Assembly (NCBI GenBank): GCA_041855045.1
Contig: JBHADM010000036.1
Location: 1-46,859 of the forward strand
Length of the DNA: 46,859 nucleotides
Source of the DNA: Bacillota bacterium
Lineage (GTDB): Bacteria; Bacillota; Clostridia; Christensenellales; Aristaeellaceae
Direction of reading: 5' to 3'
In this document: piece by piece, positions 10,134 to 20,786 of the stretch
Layout: each line of letters opens with the position of its first letter
Position numbering within the stretch: the stretch's first letter is position 1
The notes under the pieces: generated by a model
The model's input: only the letters and a program-made list of their open reading frames with translations
The model's database searches: none
Told to the model about the DNA's origin: nothing
Made by a program: the position numbers and the translations under genes

Positions 10134-10472
10134 TTAATACTCTATTCCCTCATCCCCATCGTCCTCCACATCTTCGTCGTACCAGACAAAGGGAGAATCT
10201 TCGTCGTTTTCAGGCAGCAGTTCGCCCCAATCATCCGGAGCTTGATCGCCGTTTTCCATCATAAAGTTTTCTACTTTCTCGAGTATTTTCTCAAAAAACT
10301 CTGTCATTTTCGGGCTTTCTGTACGCAAATACTCCCATTTATGATAGTTGTAATCAAAGCTCTCCACCAATTCCCGGACAAAAAACTCCGGTAAGGAGGC
10401 ATCTTCCAATGAATCTCCCATAGAGCGCACACTTCTGATTGATATGGTGAATTTTTGAGGGTTTTTGTACAT
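10134..10472 (-). CDS. Small acidic protein of unknown function (112 aa, D/E-rich C-terminal third)
   Basis: A complete ORF with GAGAGGA upstream of the ATG. It lies co-directionally downstream of ppa with no obvious intervening terminator. The C-terminus is ...DDWGELLPENDEDSPFVWYDEDVEDDGDEGIEY. I recognise no family. Confidence 0.6.
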   Translation of the reverse strand: MYKNPQKFTISIRSVRSMGDSLEDASLPEFFVRELVESFDYNYHKWEYLRTESPKMTEFFEKILEKVENFMMENGDQAPDDWGELLPENDEDSPFVWYDEDVEDDGDEGIEY

Positions 10473-10628
10473 TATTTATCCTCTCATTTTAAAGTTTAAT
10501 AAGACTAATACTCATTTAAGTTGTAGTTTGTTAAATTTCCACTTAATGAAAATCAATGAAAATGCCGCAATCGGACAGATGTAGTGGTGTTCTTCCTACC
10601 TGTAATCCAAACATATCAATATATAGAT

Positions 10629-11162
10629 TTAGCTGCAATATTTATCAATATAGGCAAGCTTGCATTTTTGTATGACTTCTCTTGCCTTTTCGGCGCCATC
10701 CAGTTCGTTGACCGAGGTTTCCTTTGATTCCAGGTTCTTGTAAACACTGAAAAAGTGCATCATTTCCGCAAAAATATGCTTCGGCAGCTCCGAAATATCC
10801 TTATATTCGCGGTAGGTCGGGTCGTTGAAAGGGATGGCAATCACCTTTTCGTCCAGCCTGCCTTGGTCGAGCATATAGAATACGCCGATGGGATAGCAGC
10901 GCACCAAAGCCATGCTGCGTATGGTTTCGCTGGAAATAACCAGAACATCCAAGGGGTCGCCGTCATCCGCCCATGTACGCGGAATAAAGCCGTAATTTGC
11001 CGGATAATGGGTGCTGGTATAGAGAATTCTGTCCATCATCAGGTGGCCGGTCTCTTTATCCAACTCATATTTTACCTTGCTGCCCTTTTCTATCTCTATG
11101 CAGCAGACGAAATCATCGTCTTTTATGCGCGCCGGCGCGATATCATGCCATACGTTTGACAT
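10629..11162 (-). CDS. ppa: Inorganic pyrophosphatase, family I
   Basis: 177 aa carrying the signature YPANYGFIPRTWADDGDPLDVLV and the typical length. Confidence 0.9.
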   Translation of the reverse strand: MSNVWHDIAPARIKDDDFVCCIEIEKGSKVKYELDKETGHLMMDRILYTSTHYPANYGFIPRTWADDGDPLDVLVISSETIRSMALVRCYPIGVFYMLDQGRLDEKVIAIPFNDPTYREYKDISELPKHIFAEMMHFFSVYKNLESKETSVNELDGAEKAREVIQKCKLAYIDKYCS

Positions 11163-11171
11163 CGTTACCTC

Positions 11172-12323
<1,152 letters not shown>

Positions 12324-12589
12324 TCATTATAGCACAAAAAATCATCGGCTTACAGTTTTTACAAATGAAATATTTACAAATACCCGTTTTGACGGTATAC
12401 TGAATACCCTGCGCAAAAATGCGCTAAGTTCAGGTTTTCCTTTGTATACAAGCCGTGAATATTTATGCGTGTTTTATACATTTCCTTATGCATAAAAAAT
12501 GTATAAACTCTGTATTTTTATGCAAAGCTATGTTATGATATATTTACGGACGAATACTGTGTTCTCCCCCCTCGGATAGGAGTTTATAT

Positions 12590-13135
12590 ATGCTATATGA
12601 CAAGCGTATTTTTCAAGTAAAAGACGATATGCGCATTGGGTTGCGCAGCGCCGACCCTGCGGATGCGGCAGCTTTGCTCACCCTGAAGACAGCGTTGGAC
12701 AAGGACAGCTATTATAACGACCTCAACCCTGAAGAACATGCGCTCACCATTGCGGAACAGGCCGAGGAGATTCGGCTCTTTGCGCAAAGCTCTAATCGCC
12801 TGCTGCTTCTGGCATTTGAGCAAGAGGATCTCATCGGTGCGGCAAGCATATCCCCCCTCTCTCCCAACGCCAAAGCATCACATCGCGCCATGTACCACGG
12901 CGCCATACTCAAACACTACTGGGGCTACGGCATAGGCACCATACTGACAACAGAGCTGTTTAAACAGGCGAAGGCCATGTCTTACGAACAGTACGAGGTA
13001 GCGGTGTTTGCCGACCACCACCGCGCGATTGAGATGTATCAAACACTCGGTTTTGCAGAATGGGGACGCATTCCGCACGCTTTCCGCATCGGAAACGATA
13101 CGGTGGATATGCTGTACATGGGCAAAAATGTATAG
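12590..13135 (+). CDS. GNAT-family N-acetyltransferase
   Basis: 181 aa with AGGAG before the ATG. The acetyl-CoA-binding-type segment is HYWGYGIGTILTTELFKQAK, followed by a ...MYQTLGFAEWG tail typical of GNAT folds. Confidence 0.75.
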   Translation: MLYDKRIFQVKDDMRIGLRSADPADAAALLTLKTALDKDSYYNDLNPEEHALTIAEQAEEIRLFAQSSNRLLLLAFEQEDLIGAASISPLSPNAKASHRAMYHGAILKHYWGYGIGTILTTELFKQAKAMSYEQYEVAVFADHHRAIEMYQTLGFAEWGRIPHAFRIGNDTVDMLYMGKNV

Positions 13136-13294
13136 CTTAGGTAAATGAAAAGAGCGATGCTTCCACCGGGCATCTCAGGCCCAAGTATACTGTCAAAATG
13201 CGGCCTCGTTTTACATCGACATTGTGTATAACACATTCCCTGATAATAAAACGATACAACCGCTTGTGATGTCATAAACCGTTTTAAATACAAT

Positions 13295-13331
13295 AAAAAT
13301 GCCGCTGCAGGTTTTTTGCAGCGGCATTTTC
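13295..13331. terminator. Bidirectional terminator between convergent genes
   Basis: An 11-bp perfect stem ATGCCGCTGCA / TGCAGCGGCAT (13299-13309 / 13317-13327) is flanked by an A-run upstream and a T-run downstream. Confidence 0.8.
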
Positions 13332-13338
13332 CGTGTGA

Positions 13339-15000
13339 TTACAGTTTTTCCAATTCGTCTGCCAAGACTTCCCTGCAGGCGAGCAAAAACTCCGCAGTGC
13401 GAGGATATTTTGTGTACGTGAGCGTATCCATGCCTGCCAGGTTACACAGCAAACGATGTACATACTCTTTTCCCTTGTATTTTTCAAGCGTAGCGCACGC
13501 TCGCATATCCTGCAAGGATTCTGCCAGCACTTTGCCGCGTATGGAGGGCAGCGGATGGCCATCTGCACCGGGGTACACCAAATAGGAATCCCCGCTCGGG
13601 AAAGCGCCGCCTGCATCGCTCACTGCAAAGGGATCGATATGCTGCAGCGAATACTGGCTGTTATAAAAATTATAACCCCAGTGCAGGAAACCTTTGACCT
13701 CTGTCAGATATAGCAGTATTCCCATAATGCGCTGGCGCTGCGAGGGCATGGCAAAGAAACGGTTCGGCACCAGCTTATCCTGTGCGCAGCAATAGTAGAC
13801 CCAGAGATTGTCAACGTTTTGATCCAGGAAAGTTTGAATATGGTCGTTGGCAACAACCGGCTCTTTCACCAGGCCGTCCGCATAGAATTGGTAGCTGCTG
13901 AGCGCGTCTATTACATGGGCGTCGGCGAGCAAATCTTCCACCTGCTCTATGGCCGCCTTATAGTGTATAAGGTTTTCCTCCGTCGGTTCGTCCGATATGT
14001 GGAAGTATACCTTGTCATTTGGGTAGCCCATTTCGGAAAGCGCGGCGCGCAATGCCGGAATAAACTGCGTCAGGAATGCACGGTACTCGACGCTTGTGGC
14101 ATTGCTGTGCCAGCCGAATTTTTGGATAAGGCTGCCGTTTTCCTCCACCATGATTTTAGGACAGTGTTTGGCGCCCCATTGGGTAAAGAAGTGTGCAATT
14201 TCAAGATACTCCACACCGCAGCGGCGGCAGATTTCCGCCCAGCGCGCAAGCTTTTCAAAGTCAAAGTAATACTTGCCATTCTCACAGCGTATACCCACCA
14301 GCTGTACGGTCGTGCGTTCACCGCCCACCTGTGTATCCAGCGGCGGTGTGAATACCGGCGTCAACATCATATTCATGCCGTAATCCTTGACCGCGCTGCG
14401 TATGAAGTTCTCGACGATGGTGAAGTGGGCGTCCGAAAAGGCCTCCACGTTATAATAATCGCTCAGGCAATCGGCATGAAACCATTGGGTGTGCAGCAGT
14501 GTCTGCGGTGCAAGCGCCTGCTTGGCGATGCGTATGGTTGCCGGCGAACGGAAGATGACGTTTCCGTCCTGCTCCACGAGCACAGAAATGGTGTAGCTGC
14601 CCGCAGGCACATCGCCGGTTTGCAGGCTGATCCACAGACTGCGGTATTCGTTTTTGACCGGATTGATGGCGCCGTCGCAAGGCTGCAAAAGGTCGGGATA
14701 AGATTTTGCAGTACGACTGATCAGAAAATTATCCGAGGTAGAGTACGCTGTCAGTACGGACGGAATGCTTACCACCTCGTACAGCTGATGGGCAAAGGGA
14801 CAATCCTGCAGGCGCAGCTGCAAGCTTCCGCCACCCTGCGCGGCTTCCCCAAAGGTATCCCAAAAATAGACCAGCTGCAGGTTGACTTCCGTACCGGAAA
14901 AAGCGGAAAGCACGAAGTTCGGCGCCAGCGCAGACGGGCGTTGCGCCGGGAACACCTTCTCCAACGAGGAAGTCAGAAAAAAATCGAAATATTGTGGCAT
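13339..15000 (-). CDS. DUF4091-like protein (putative glycoside-hydrolase-like)
   Basis: 553 aa. The C-terminal segment FPSGDSYLVYPGADGHPLPSIRGKVLAESLQDMRA resembles the conserved DUF4091 core as I remember it. Family assignment is from memory only. Confidence 0.55.
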   Translation of the reverse strand: MPQYFDFFLTSSLEKVFPAQRPSALAPNFVLSAFSGTEVNLQLVYFWDTFGEAAQGGGSLQLRLQDCPFAHQLYEVVSIPSVLTAYSTSDNFLISRTAKSYPDLLQPCDGAINPVKNEYRSLWISLQTGDVPAGSYTISVLVEQDGNVIFRSPATIRIAKQALAPQTLLHTQWFHADCLSDYYNVEAFSDAHFTIVENFIRSAVKDYGMNMMLTPVFTPPLDTQVGGERTTVQLVGIRCENGKYYFDFEKLARWAEICRRCGVEYLEIAHFFTQWGAKHCPKIMVEENGSLIQKFGWHSNATSVEYRAFLTQFIPALRAALSEMGYPNDKVYFHISDEPTEENLIHYKAAIEQVEDLLADAHVIDALSSYQFYADGLVKEPVVANDHIQTFLDQNVDNLWVYYCCAQDKLVPNRFFAMPSQRQRIMGILLYLTEVKGFLHWGYNFYNSQYSLQHIDPFAVSDAGGAFPSGDSYLVYPGADGHPLPSIRGKVLAESLQDMRACATLEKYKGKEYVHRLLCNLAGMDTLTYTKYPRTAEFLLACREVLADELEKL

Positions 15001-15021
15001 GGGTTTCTCCTTTCAAATGTA

Positions 15022-15993
15022 TCATTCATTTTGTATGATCTCCCGAATTTGCGCCAATGCCCTGCGCGCCTCCGGTATAGGATAGACGATATAAATATGC
15101 GGCATTTTATCCGCCACATGGTAATAGTGCGCTATGCCCTGCGCCACGAGCAAGCCATGCAGCTTCTCACAGTCGGGCATAAAAATATCATAGTTGCCGA
15201 CAAATAGGCTGATACGCGCAAGATCTGTAAAGTTTCCAAAAATCGGGCTGACAAAAGGGCTGCGCATTGCTTCCTCACTGCCCGCCCATATTTTGCCCAG
15301 CATGGCCAAGGCTGCCGGCGAGGAAATGGGATCCACCTTTTCGTATGCCGGAATATCCGGATGATTGCAATGAACATCCAGCCAAGGAGAAATCAATACG
15401 ATATCCTTCGGCTGAACAATGCCCTCATCCCGTAAATGCATAGCCAGCGCCAACGCCAATCCCCCACCGGAGGAGTCGCCCATCAGCGTAATGTTCTGCG
15501 GACTGTTCGTCCGGGACAACAGCTGTTCATACAGCGCGCGGCAGGCTCGCAACGCATCCTCATAGCAGTAACGAGGCAGTTTGGGATAGATAGGAAACAC
15601 CACCTTGGCATCGAGCTGTTTTGTCAGTTTGTCCAGCATGGAAAAGCGATAAGGACTGGGCTGGCTTACATAGGCGCCGCCATGTATGTAGTAAATCACT
15701 TTTTGCGCAGGATCCTGCCGGTCATTCCATACTAAGGTCTGCATGCTTTCCACATAAAACTCTTCAATGGGAAACGATATTGCAGGCGGCACAAAGGATT
15801 GGTCGCTGATAGCCTGCTGCAGCTGCAAGGTTTGGGCAAAACGCTTGGGGTTCTGCGCGTCAAAACCGTTGTTTCTTGCCCGTATGCGCAGTTTTTGCTC
15901 AAAACACCAGGAAGCAAGTGAACGCTTTTGCACATAGCGTATGTGAAGCGCAAGCAAGAGTACAATACCAACAATACCATACAGAATAACCAT
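15022..15993 (-). CDS. Membrane-anchored alpha/beta hydrolase (esterase/lipase, HSL-like fold-3 type)
   Basis: 323 aa with an N-terminal hydrophobic helix MVILYGIVGIVLLLAL, the oxyanion HGG box (YIHGGAY) and the nucleophile elbow GDSSGG. Confidence 0.8.
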   Translation of the reverse strand: MVILYGIVGIVLLLALHIRYVQKRSLASWCFEQKLRIRARNNGFDAQNPKRFAQTLQLQQAISDQSFVPPAISFPIEEFYVESMQTLVWNDRQDPAQKVIYYIHGGAYVSQPSPYRFSMLDKLTKQLDAKVVFPIYPKLPRYCYEDALRACRALYEQLLSRTNSPQNITLMGDSSGGGLALALAMHLRDEGIVQPKDIVLISPWLDVHCNHPDIPAYEKVDPISSPAALAMLGKIWAGSEEAMRSPFVSPIFGNFTDLARISLFVGNYDIFMPDCEKLHGLLVAQGIAHYYHVADKMPHIYIVYPIPEARRALAQIREIIQNE

Positions 15994-16405
15994 AGATGTA
16001 TCCTTTCAGAGCACCATATTCTCAGACTATTTGTTTCATAAAAACAATCCTTGCCATGCTGCCGTCTTAATAATTATAGATTATATCCTAAAACAAAGCA
16101 TTCGTTAAGCATAAAGCAGCATATTTTCCGCAGCGTTAAACGAATACCACGAAAATGCTGCACTATACGCTACCTGCAAAGCAGCAAGGTATATTTGATA
16201 TCAAGATTGATGCAGAAACCCTGGCGCACATCAAAGCACCCGAGATAAGCGATATCAAGACCACCCAAATCACGCCAAAGTTACGAAGCGGCAATTACGC
16301 CAAGATTGCCGAACCGCAGCTCTCTCATATTCGAATAAGCAGCAAAACACCCCTTTGCACAACAGAGCTCCTCTTGCAAAAAGGGTTTTATTTCGTGCGC
16401 GGCAA

Positions 16406-16434
16406 TTGATAGTCCTGCTGAATTATGCTATAAT
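16406..16434 (+). promoter_or_regulatory. Sigma-70-type promoter for dapF-dapL
   Basis: TTGATA (16406-11), a 17-nt spacer, then TATAAT (16429-34), about 25 nt upstream of the dapF RBS AAAGGAG. Confidence 0.6.
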
Positions 16435-16459
16435 TTGCATTGCGAAAGGAGCTGATAAA

Positions 16460-17386
16460 ATGCGTTTTACCAAGATGCACGGCACAGGTAACGACTATAT
16501 CTATATCAACGGCTTTGAGGAGCAGATAGAAAATCCTTCGGAGCTGAGCAAACAAATAAGCGACAGGCATTTCGGCGTAGGCTCCGACGGCCTGATTATC
16601 ATAGCACCAAGCGAAGTCGAGGGCACCGACTTCCGCATGCGCATGTGGAACAGCGACGGCAGCGAGGGAAAAATGTGCGGTAACGGTATACGCTGCGTCG
16701 CCAAATATGTATACGAAAAAGGCTTAACCGACAAAACTTTCCTAAACATAGAGACCGGCGCCGGCATCAAGCGTGTCTGGCTGGAAGCTGCAGGCGGCAG
16801 AGTGAGCTCGGTACAGGTGGATATGGGCGAGCCCAATTTTATACCCGAGGAAATTCCCACTACGCTGCAAAAGCGTCAGCTCAAACGTCACAGGCTGCGC
16901 AGCGAGCATGGCGTACACTACATCAGCACGCTGAGCATGGGCAATCCCCACTGCGTGCTCTTTGTAAAAGACTGCAACAAGCTGGATTTGAACGGCATAG
17001 GCAAAACACTGGGCGAGCATGCCATCTACCCCGACCGCGCCAATGTGGAATTTGTGGAAGTCATCTCCCGTAAGACCTTGAAAATGCGCGTATATGAACG
17101 CGGCGCCGGCGAAACGCTGGCCTGCGGTACAGGTGCCTGCGCCTGCCTTGTCGCAGCGGTGCTCAACGACCAAAGCGACCGTGAAGCCGATATTATTTTG
17201 CGCGGCGGCACCCTGCACATAGAGTGGTGCGAGCCGGACAATCACGTATACATGCGCGGCCCTGCCGAGTTTGTATGCGAGGGCGAATGGCCCTTTCCCA
17301 AGGCATCTTTGCGCCCGGAGGATCCATTGACGGCGCCGATCAACGCCGATTTGAGCCTCAGCTCAGAAAATAAGGAGACCGTATAA
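16460..17386 (+). CDS. dapF: Diaminopimelate epimerase
   Basis: The start is moved from the track's 16355 to the ATG at 16460, which has an RBS AAAGGAG upstream. The product starts MRFTKMHGTGNDYIYING, with catalytic Cys motifs MCGNGIRC and ACGTGACA. It has a ~30-aa C-terminal tail beyond typical DapF length. Confidence 0.9.
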   Translation: MRFTKMHGTGNDYIYINGFEEQIENPSELSKQISDRHFGVGSDGLIIIAPSEVEGTDFRMRMWNSDGSEGKMCGNGIRCVAKYVYEKGLTDKTFLNIETGAGIKRVWLEAAGGRVSSVQVDMGEPNFIPEEIPTTLQKRQLKRHRLRSEHGVHYISTLSMGNPHCVLFVKDCNKLDLNGIGKTLGEHAIYPDRANVEFVEVISRKTLKMRVYERGAGETLACGTGACACLVAAVLNDQSDREADIILRGGTLHIEWCEPDNHVYMRGPAEFVCEGEWPFPKASLRPEDPLTAPINADLSLSSENKETV

Positions 17387-17387
17387 C

Positions 17388-18611
17388 ATGCTGAAGATTA
17401 ATACATCGATGAGCCGCCTGCCCGGCAACTATCTGTTTGCCGACATCGCCAAAAGAGTCAACGAGTTTCAGACGGCACACCCCGATGCAAACCTGATTCG
17501 TTTAGGCATAGGCGACGTAACCCGCCCCCTGTCCCCTGCCGTGGTGCGTGCGCTGCTCAAAGCCGGCGAGGAGATGGGCAACGCCAATACCTTCCGCGGC
17601 TATGGACCTGCCGAGGGTTATGATTTTTTAATCAAAGCCATCATCGAAAACGACTATAAGGCGCGCGGCGTACACATAGACAGCGACGAAGTGTTCGTCA
17701 GTGAAGGCGCCAAAAACGACACCGCAAACATACAGGAATTGTTCAGCGCCACCGAGCGTATTGCCGTAACCGATCCCGTATACCCCGTATACGTGGACAG
17801 CAACGCCATGAGCGGCCGCGCCGGCATATTCAGCAACAACCGCTGGGATAAGCTGGTATATCTGCCGGTGCATGCCGAAAACGACTTTGTACCGGAAATG
17901 CCGGATAAACATGTGGATGTCATATACCTATGCTACCCGAACAATCCAACCGGCACAACACTGACCTATGAGCAGCTCAAAAGCATTGTGGACTATGCCA
18001 TCAAACGCGGCTCCCTGATTATCTACGATGCGGCATACAAGGCCTTTATCAGCCGCAAGGATGTGCCGCAAAGCATATACGAAATCGAAGGCGCCAAAAG
18101 CTGTGCCATTGAATGCTGCTCGTTTAGCAAAACGGCAGGCTTTACCGGTGTGCGCTGCGCCTATACCATCGTGCCTAAGGAGCTCTACGGTGTAGACGAC
18201 AATGCCAAAAAAGTAAGCCTCCGCGACCTGTGGGCAAGACGCCAGGCAACCAAGGCCAACGGCGTGTCCTACATCACGCAGCGCGCGGCGGAAGCCGTAT
18301 ATTCCGCCGAAGGAAAAAAAGAATGCCATGCCACCATCGCCTATTATATGAGCAATGCAAAGCGCATACGTGAAGGGCTGAAAAATCTGGGATATACCGT
18401 ATTCGGCGGCGTGGATGCGCCTTATGTATGGCTTAAAACACCAAAGGGCACAGGCGGATGGGAATTCTTTGACAGTCTGCTCAAAAAAGCCCATGTGGTG
18501 GGCACACCCGGTGAAGGCTTCGGCCCTTCCGGCGCAGGCTACTTCCGCCTAACCGCATTCAACACCCTGGAAAAAACCGAAGAGGCCATCGCCCGCATCG
18601 CAAAATTGTAA
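17388..18611 (+). CDS. dapL: LL-diaminopimelate aminotransferase
   Basis: 407 aa starting 1 nt after the dapF stop. The N-terminus RLPGNYLFADIAKRV...PDANLIRLGIGDVTRPL is typical of DapL, and a PLP-lysine region SFSKTAGFTG is present. Confidence 0.85.
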   Translation: MLKINTSMSRLPGNYLFADIAKRVNEFQTAHPDANLIRLGIGDVTRPLSPAVVRALLKAGEEMGNANTFRGYGPAEGYDFLIKAIIENDYKARGVHIDSDEVFVSEGAKNDTANIQELFSATERIAVTDPVYPVYVDSNAMSGRAGIFSNNRWDKLVYLPVHAENDFVPEMPDKHVDVIYLCYPNNPTGTTLTYEQLKSIVDYAIKRGSLIIYDAAYKAFISRKDVPQSIYEIEGAKSCAIECCSFSKTAGFTGVRCAYTIVPKELYGVDDNAKKVSLRDLWARRQATKANGVSYITQRAAEAVYSAEGKKECHATIAYYMSNAKRIREGLKNLGYTVFGGVDAPYVWLKTPKGTGGWEFFDSLLKKAHVVGTPGEGFGPSGAGYFRLTAFNTLEKTEEAIARIAKL

Positions 18612-18699
18612 CAAATTAGTGCCAAAGTTCAGTATTTATGTTAAAATATACTTCGGAAGATACTATACTATAGCAAGAGATTTTTTTGGAGGAAATGAA

Positions 18700-19302
18700 A
18701 TGAAAAAAATAATCAGTCTTTTATTGGTATTGGTACTCTGCGCAAGTCTTGCAGCAAGCTTTGCGGAAGAGGCGCATCCCAGCGAGGGTGACATTCCCGT
18801 GCTGACCGTGGAAGAATCCGCAGCTGTGACCGAAAATCCATTTGCAGCCGCATACAACGCAAACTATGAGAGCACACTGCCCAAGACAGAAGGAGAGCAT
18901 TACAAAAACATCGATACCTTTTTGAACTTCAAAAGCGCGCCGGCGCCGTATCTCTACCAGTCTTTGCAGAGCACATTTAATTTTTTTGCTAACAAGTTTA
19001 TTATTGGCAATTATATCATCAACGAAAAGCTGATTGATGCCAACGACCTGCTCAACCGTTTCAATTTGTTCTATGCAGAAATGGGTCGCAGAGAGATGCT
19101 GCTGGAAGGCATTGACGCCGTATTGCCGGAAAACCTTGTAGATGCTGCCAGACTGTCTGAAACCGAAAGCAATCCGCTGGATGCACAGGACAATACAACC
19201 GTATTTAACAACCTGCAGTTCACCTTGCTGCTTTTGGAAAACGCAGAGGTTGTAAACAACGAACAGGCACTTGCAATACTGGAGCATATGAAGAGAAAAT
19301 AA
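18700..19302 (+). CDS. Secreted ~200-aa protein of unknown function (paralogue A)
   Basis: The start is moved to the ATG at 18700 (GGAGGA at 18688-93). It has a signal peptide MKKIISLLLVLVLCASLAASFA and clear similarity to the 19704-20315 product. Confidence 0.75.
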   Translation: MKKIISLLLVLVLCASLAASFAEEAHPSEGDIPVLTVEESAAVTENPFAAAYNANYESTLPKTEGEHYKNIDTFLNFKSAPAPYLYQSLQSTFNFFANKFIIGNYIINEKLIDANDLLNRFNLFYAEMGRREMLLEGIDAVLPENLVDAARLSETESNPLDAQDNTTVFNNLQFTLLLLENAEVVNNEQALAILEHMKRK

Positions 19303-19324
19303 GCCCTATTCGTAACATCAAACA

Positions 19325-19347
19325 AAGAGTCCGAAAGGGCTCTTTTT
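19325..19347 (+). terminator. Rho-independent terminator
   Basis: Stem AAGAGTCC / GGGCTCTT (one G-U pair) with a GAAA loop, followed by a T-run. Confidence 0.7.
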
Positions 19348-19703
19348 CAATACTTCAATAAACTGCAAAAAAACATTGCTGTAATCAATACAAGTTTTCA
19401 ATGCAAACACCGCTGTGTCCCATGCAAGGACTTATTTTCACGTATGGATTGAAACAGCCCCTGCCCTTGGTATTGCCATTCCCTGCTTGCCGTCCTGTAA
19501 ACCGTTTGCTGCTGCGCTTTTTTCTTACGCGGTGATATTGTCCGCATGATTGCAAGCGCGATGTTGCATTATAAAATCATTTAATAATAGCGCAATTTGA
19601 CATTATGTTACATTTCGTCCCTTGCATATTGACGGCGGATTATGTAAACTATATTTGATAGAATTGCTATCAATAATCAATATTATTATGGAGGATCCTC
19701 ATC

Positions 19704-20315
19704 ATGAAAAAACTGCTCAGTCTGGCTCTGGTATGCCTGCTCACGATATCTATATGCACAGCCTATGCGGACAATGACTTGCACCCCATGCACGGCAAAC
19801 TGCCCTATCTCGATATAAAGGAAACACAATCTATCACAGACAACCCTTATGCCGGGCTGTATAGCACCGCCTATCAAAGCAATATCAAGTTCCATGAAAA
19901 AGCAAGCGAATTTTATGCCAACATTGATGTGCTCTTAACATTTGAAAATCAAAACCTTGCGTTTGTATATGACGCCCTGGACAACCAGTTTGTGTTTGAA
20001 GAAGATTTTTTTGTAAAAGACGAAAAACTGATGAGCGAAGATTTGTTTGCACTGGAGGACTTGCTCAATCACTTCAATCTGTTGTATGCAGAACTGCAAA
20101 ATCGCGGCTTGGTAGCAGAGGGCATACAAGTCGCACTGCCAAAGAATTTGGTAGACGCCGATCGTTTGGCATCCGGCGATACAGGTCCGCTGTCAAAAAT
20201 GGATGATACCACCCTATACAACAATTTTGTATTTACACTCTATTTGTTGGATGAAAAAGATTTTATTGAGGATGACACAGCCAGAGCGATGTTAGGACAT
20301 ATACAAGTGAAATAA
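19704..20315 (+). CDS. Secreted ~200-aa protein of unknown function (paralogue B)
   Basis: GGAGG lies upstream and the signal peptide is MKKLLSLALVCLLTISICTAYA. Blocks shared with paralogue A: TDNPYAGLYSTAYQS/TENPFAAAYNANYES, DLLNHFNLLYAEL/DLLNRFNLFYAEM, ALPKNLVDADRL/VLPENLVDAARL, DDTTLYNNFVFTLYLL/DNTTVFNNLQFTLLLL. Confidence 0.75.
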   Translation: MKKLLSLALVCLLTISICTAYADNDLHPMHGKLPYLDIKETQSITDNPYAGLYSTAYQSNIKFHEKASEFYANIDVLLTFENQNLAFVYDALDNQFVFEEDFFVKDEKLMSEDLFALEDLLNHFNLLYAELQNRGLVAEGIQVALPKNLVDADRLASGDTGPLSKMDDTTLYNNFVFTLYLLDEKDFIEDDTARAMLGHIQVK

Positions 20316-20355
20316 ACCAGAGCAATGACGCAACTTTGCAAAATAAATCCGCATA

Positions 20356-20380
20356 AAAACACCCTTTCGGGTGTTTTTAT
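20356..20380 (+). terminator. Rho-independent terminator
   Basis: ACACCC-TTTC-GGGTGT followed by TTTTTAT. Confidence 0.75.
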
Positions 20381-20410
20381 GCTATACTGACTAAAAAAGG
20401 GAAAGCATAT

Positions 20411-20674
20411 ATGGCTATACAACGCTGTCCCTGGGCGGAAAAAAGCGGAATCAAAAGAAACTGCCACGACCACATATGGAGTCTGCCCGTGCATGACGAC
20501 AAAGAACTGTTCGAAATGCTGCTTTTGGAGGGAATGCAGGCCGGCTCGCGCTGGTCTACCACACTGAACAAAATGGACAGTCTGTGCGCCATAAAGGGAT
20601 TGTCAAACACCATTGGATTATCGTATAACAAAGCGCCGCAAAGTGCAATCCTGCGGTTTAAGCTATCCATATAA
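20411..20674 (+). pseudogene. tag: Decayed remnant of DNA-3-methyladenine glycosylase I
   Basis: The first ~55 aa (QRCPWAEKSG...HD..W..PVHDDKELFEMLLLEGMQAG..WST.LNK) follow the Tag N-terminal pattern. However, conserved positions are altered (YHD.EWG reads CHDHIWS; AGLSW reads AGSRW). The similarity then fades and a stop comes at 87 aa. Only ~125 codons of space exist before the next gene, versus ~185 aa for intact Tag. Confidence 0.5.
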
Positions 20675-20786
20675 GCAAGATTACACAAAGACACACTGCC
20701 GTACATTGTATCCAAATTGCAAAGAACATTGTATTATGCTACACTGTGTCTATGCCCAACCACGAGCATAACAAAGGAGAAATGAT

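Noticed and set aside
15994-16459. Lysine (L-box) riboswitch upstream of dapF-dapL
   Set aside because: I could not find the conserved L-box core elements or a leader of suitable length downstream of the promoter. The promoter sits only ~25 nt from the RBS.
17290-17386. ~30-aa C-terminal tail on DapF
   Set aside because: It is probably a lineage-specific linker-like extension (P/E/S-rich). No motif was seen and there is no evidence of a fusion or frameshift.
19440-19560. 39-codon basic ORF on the minus strand in the spacer between the two secreted paralogues (MRTISPRKKKAQQQ...)
   Set aside because: It has no RBS, no recognisable family and is too short to support from sequence alone.
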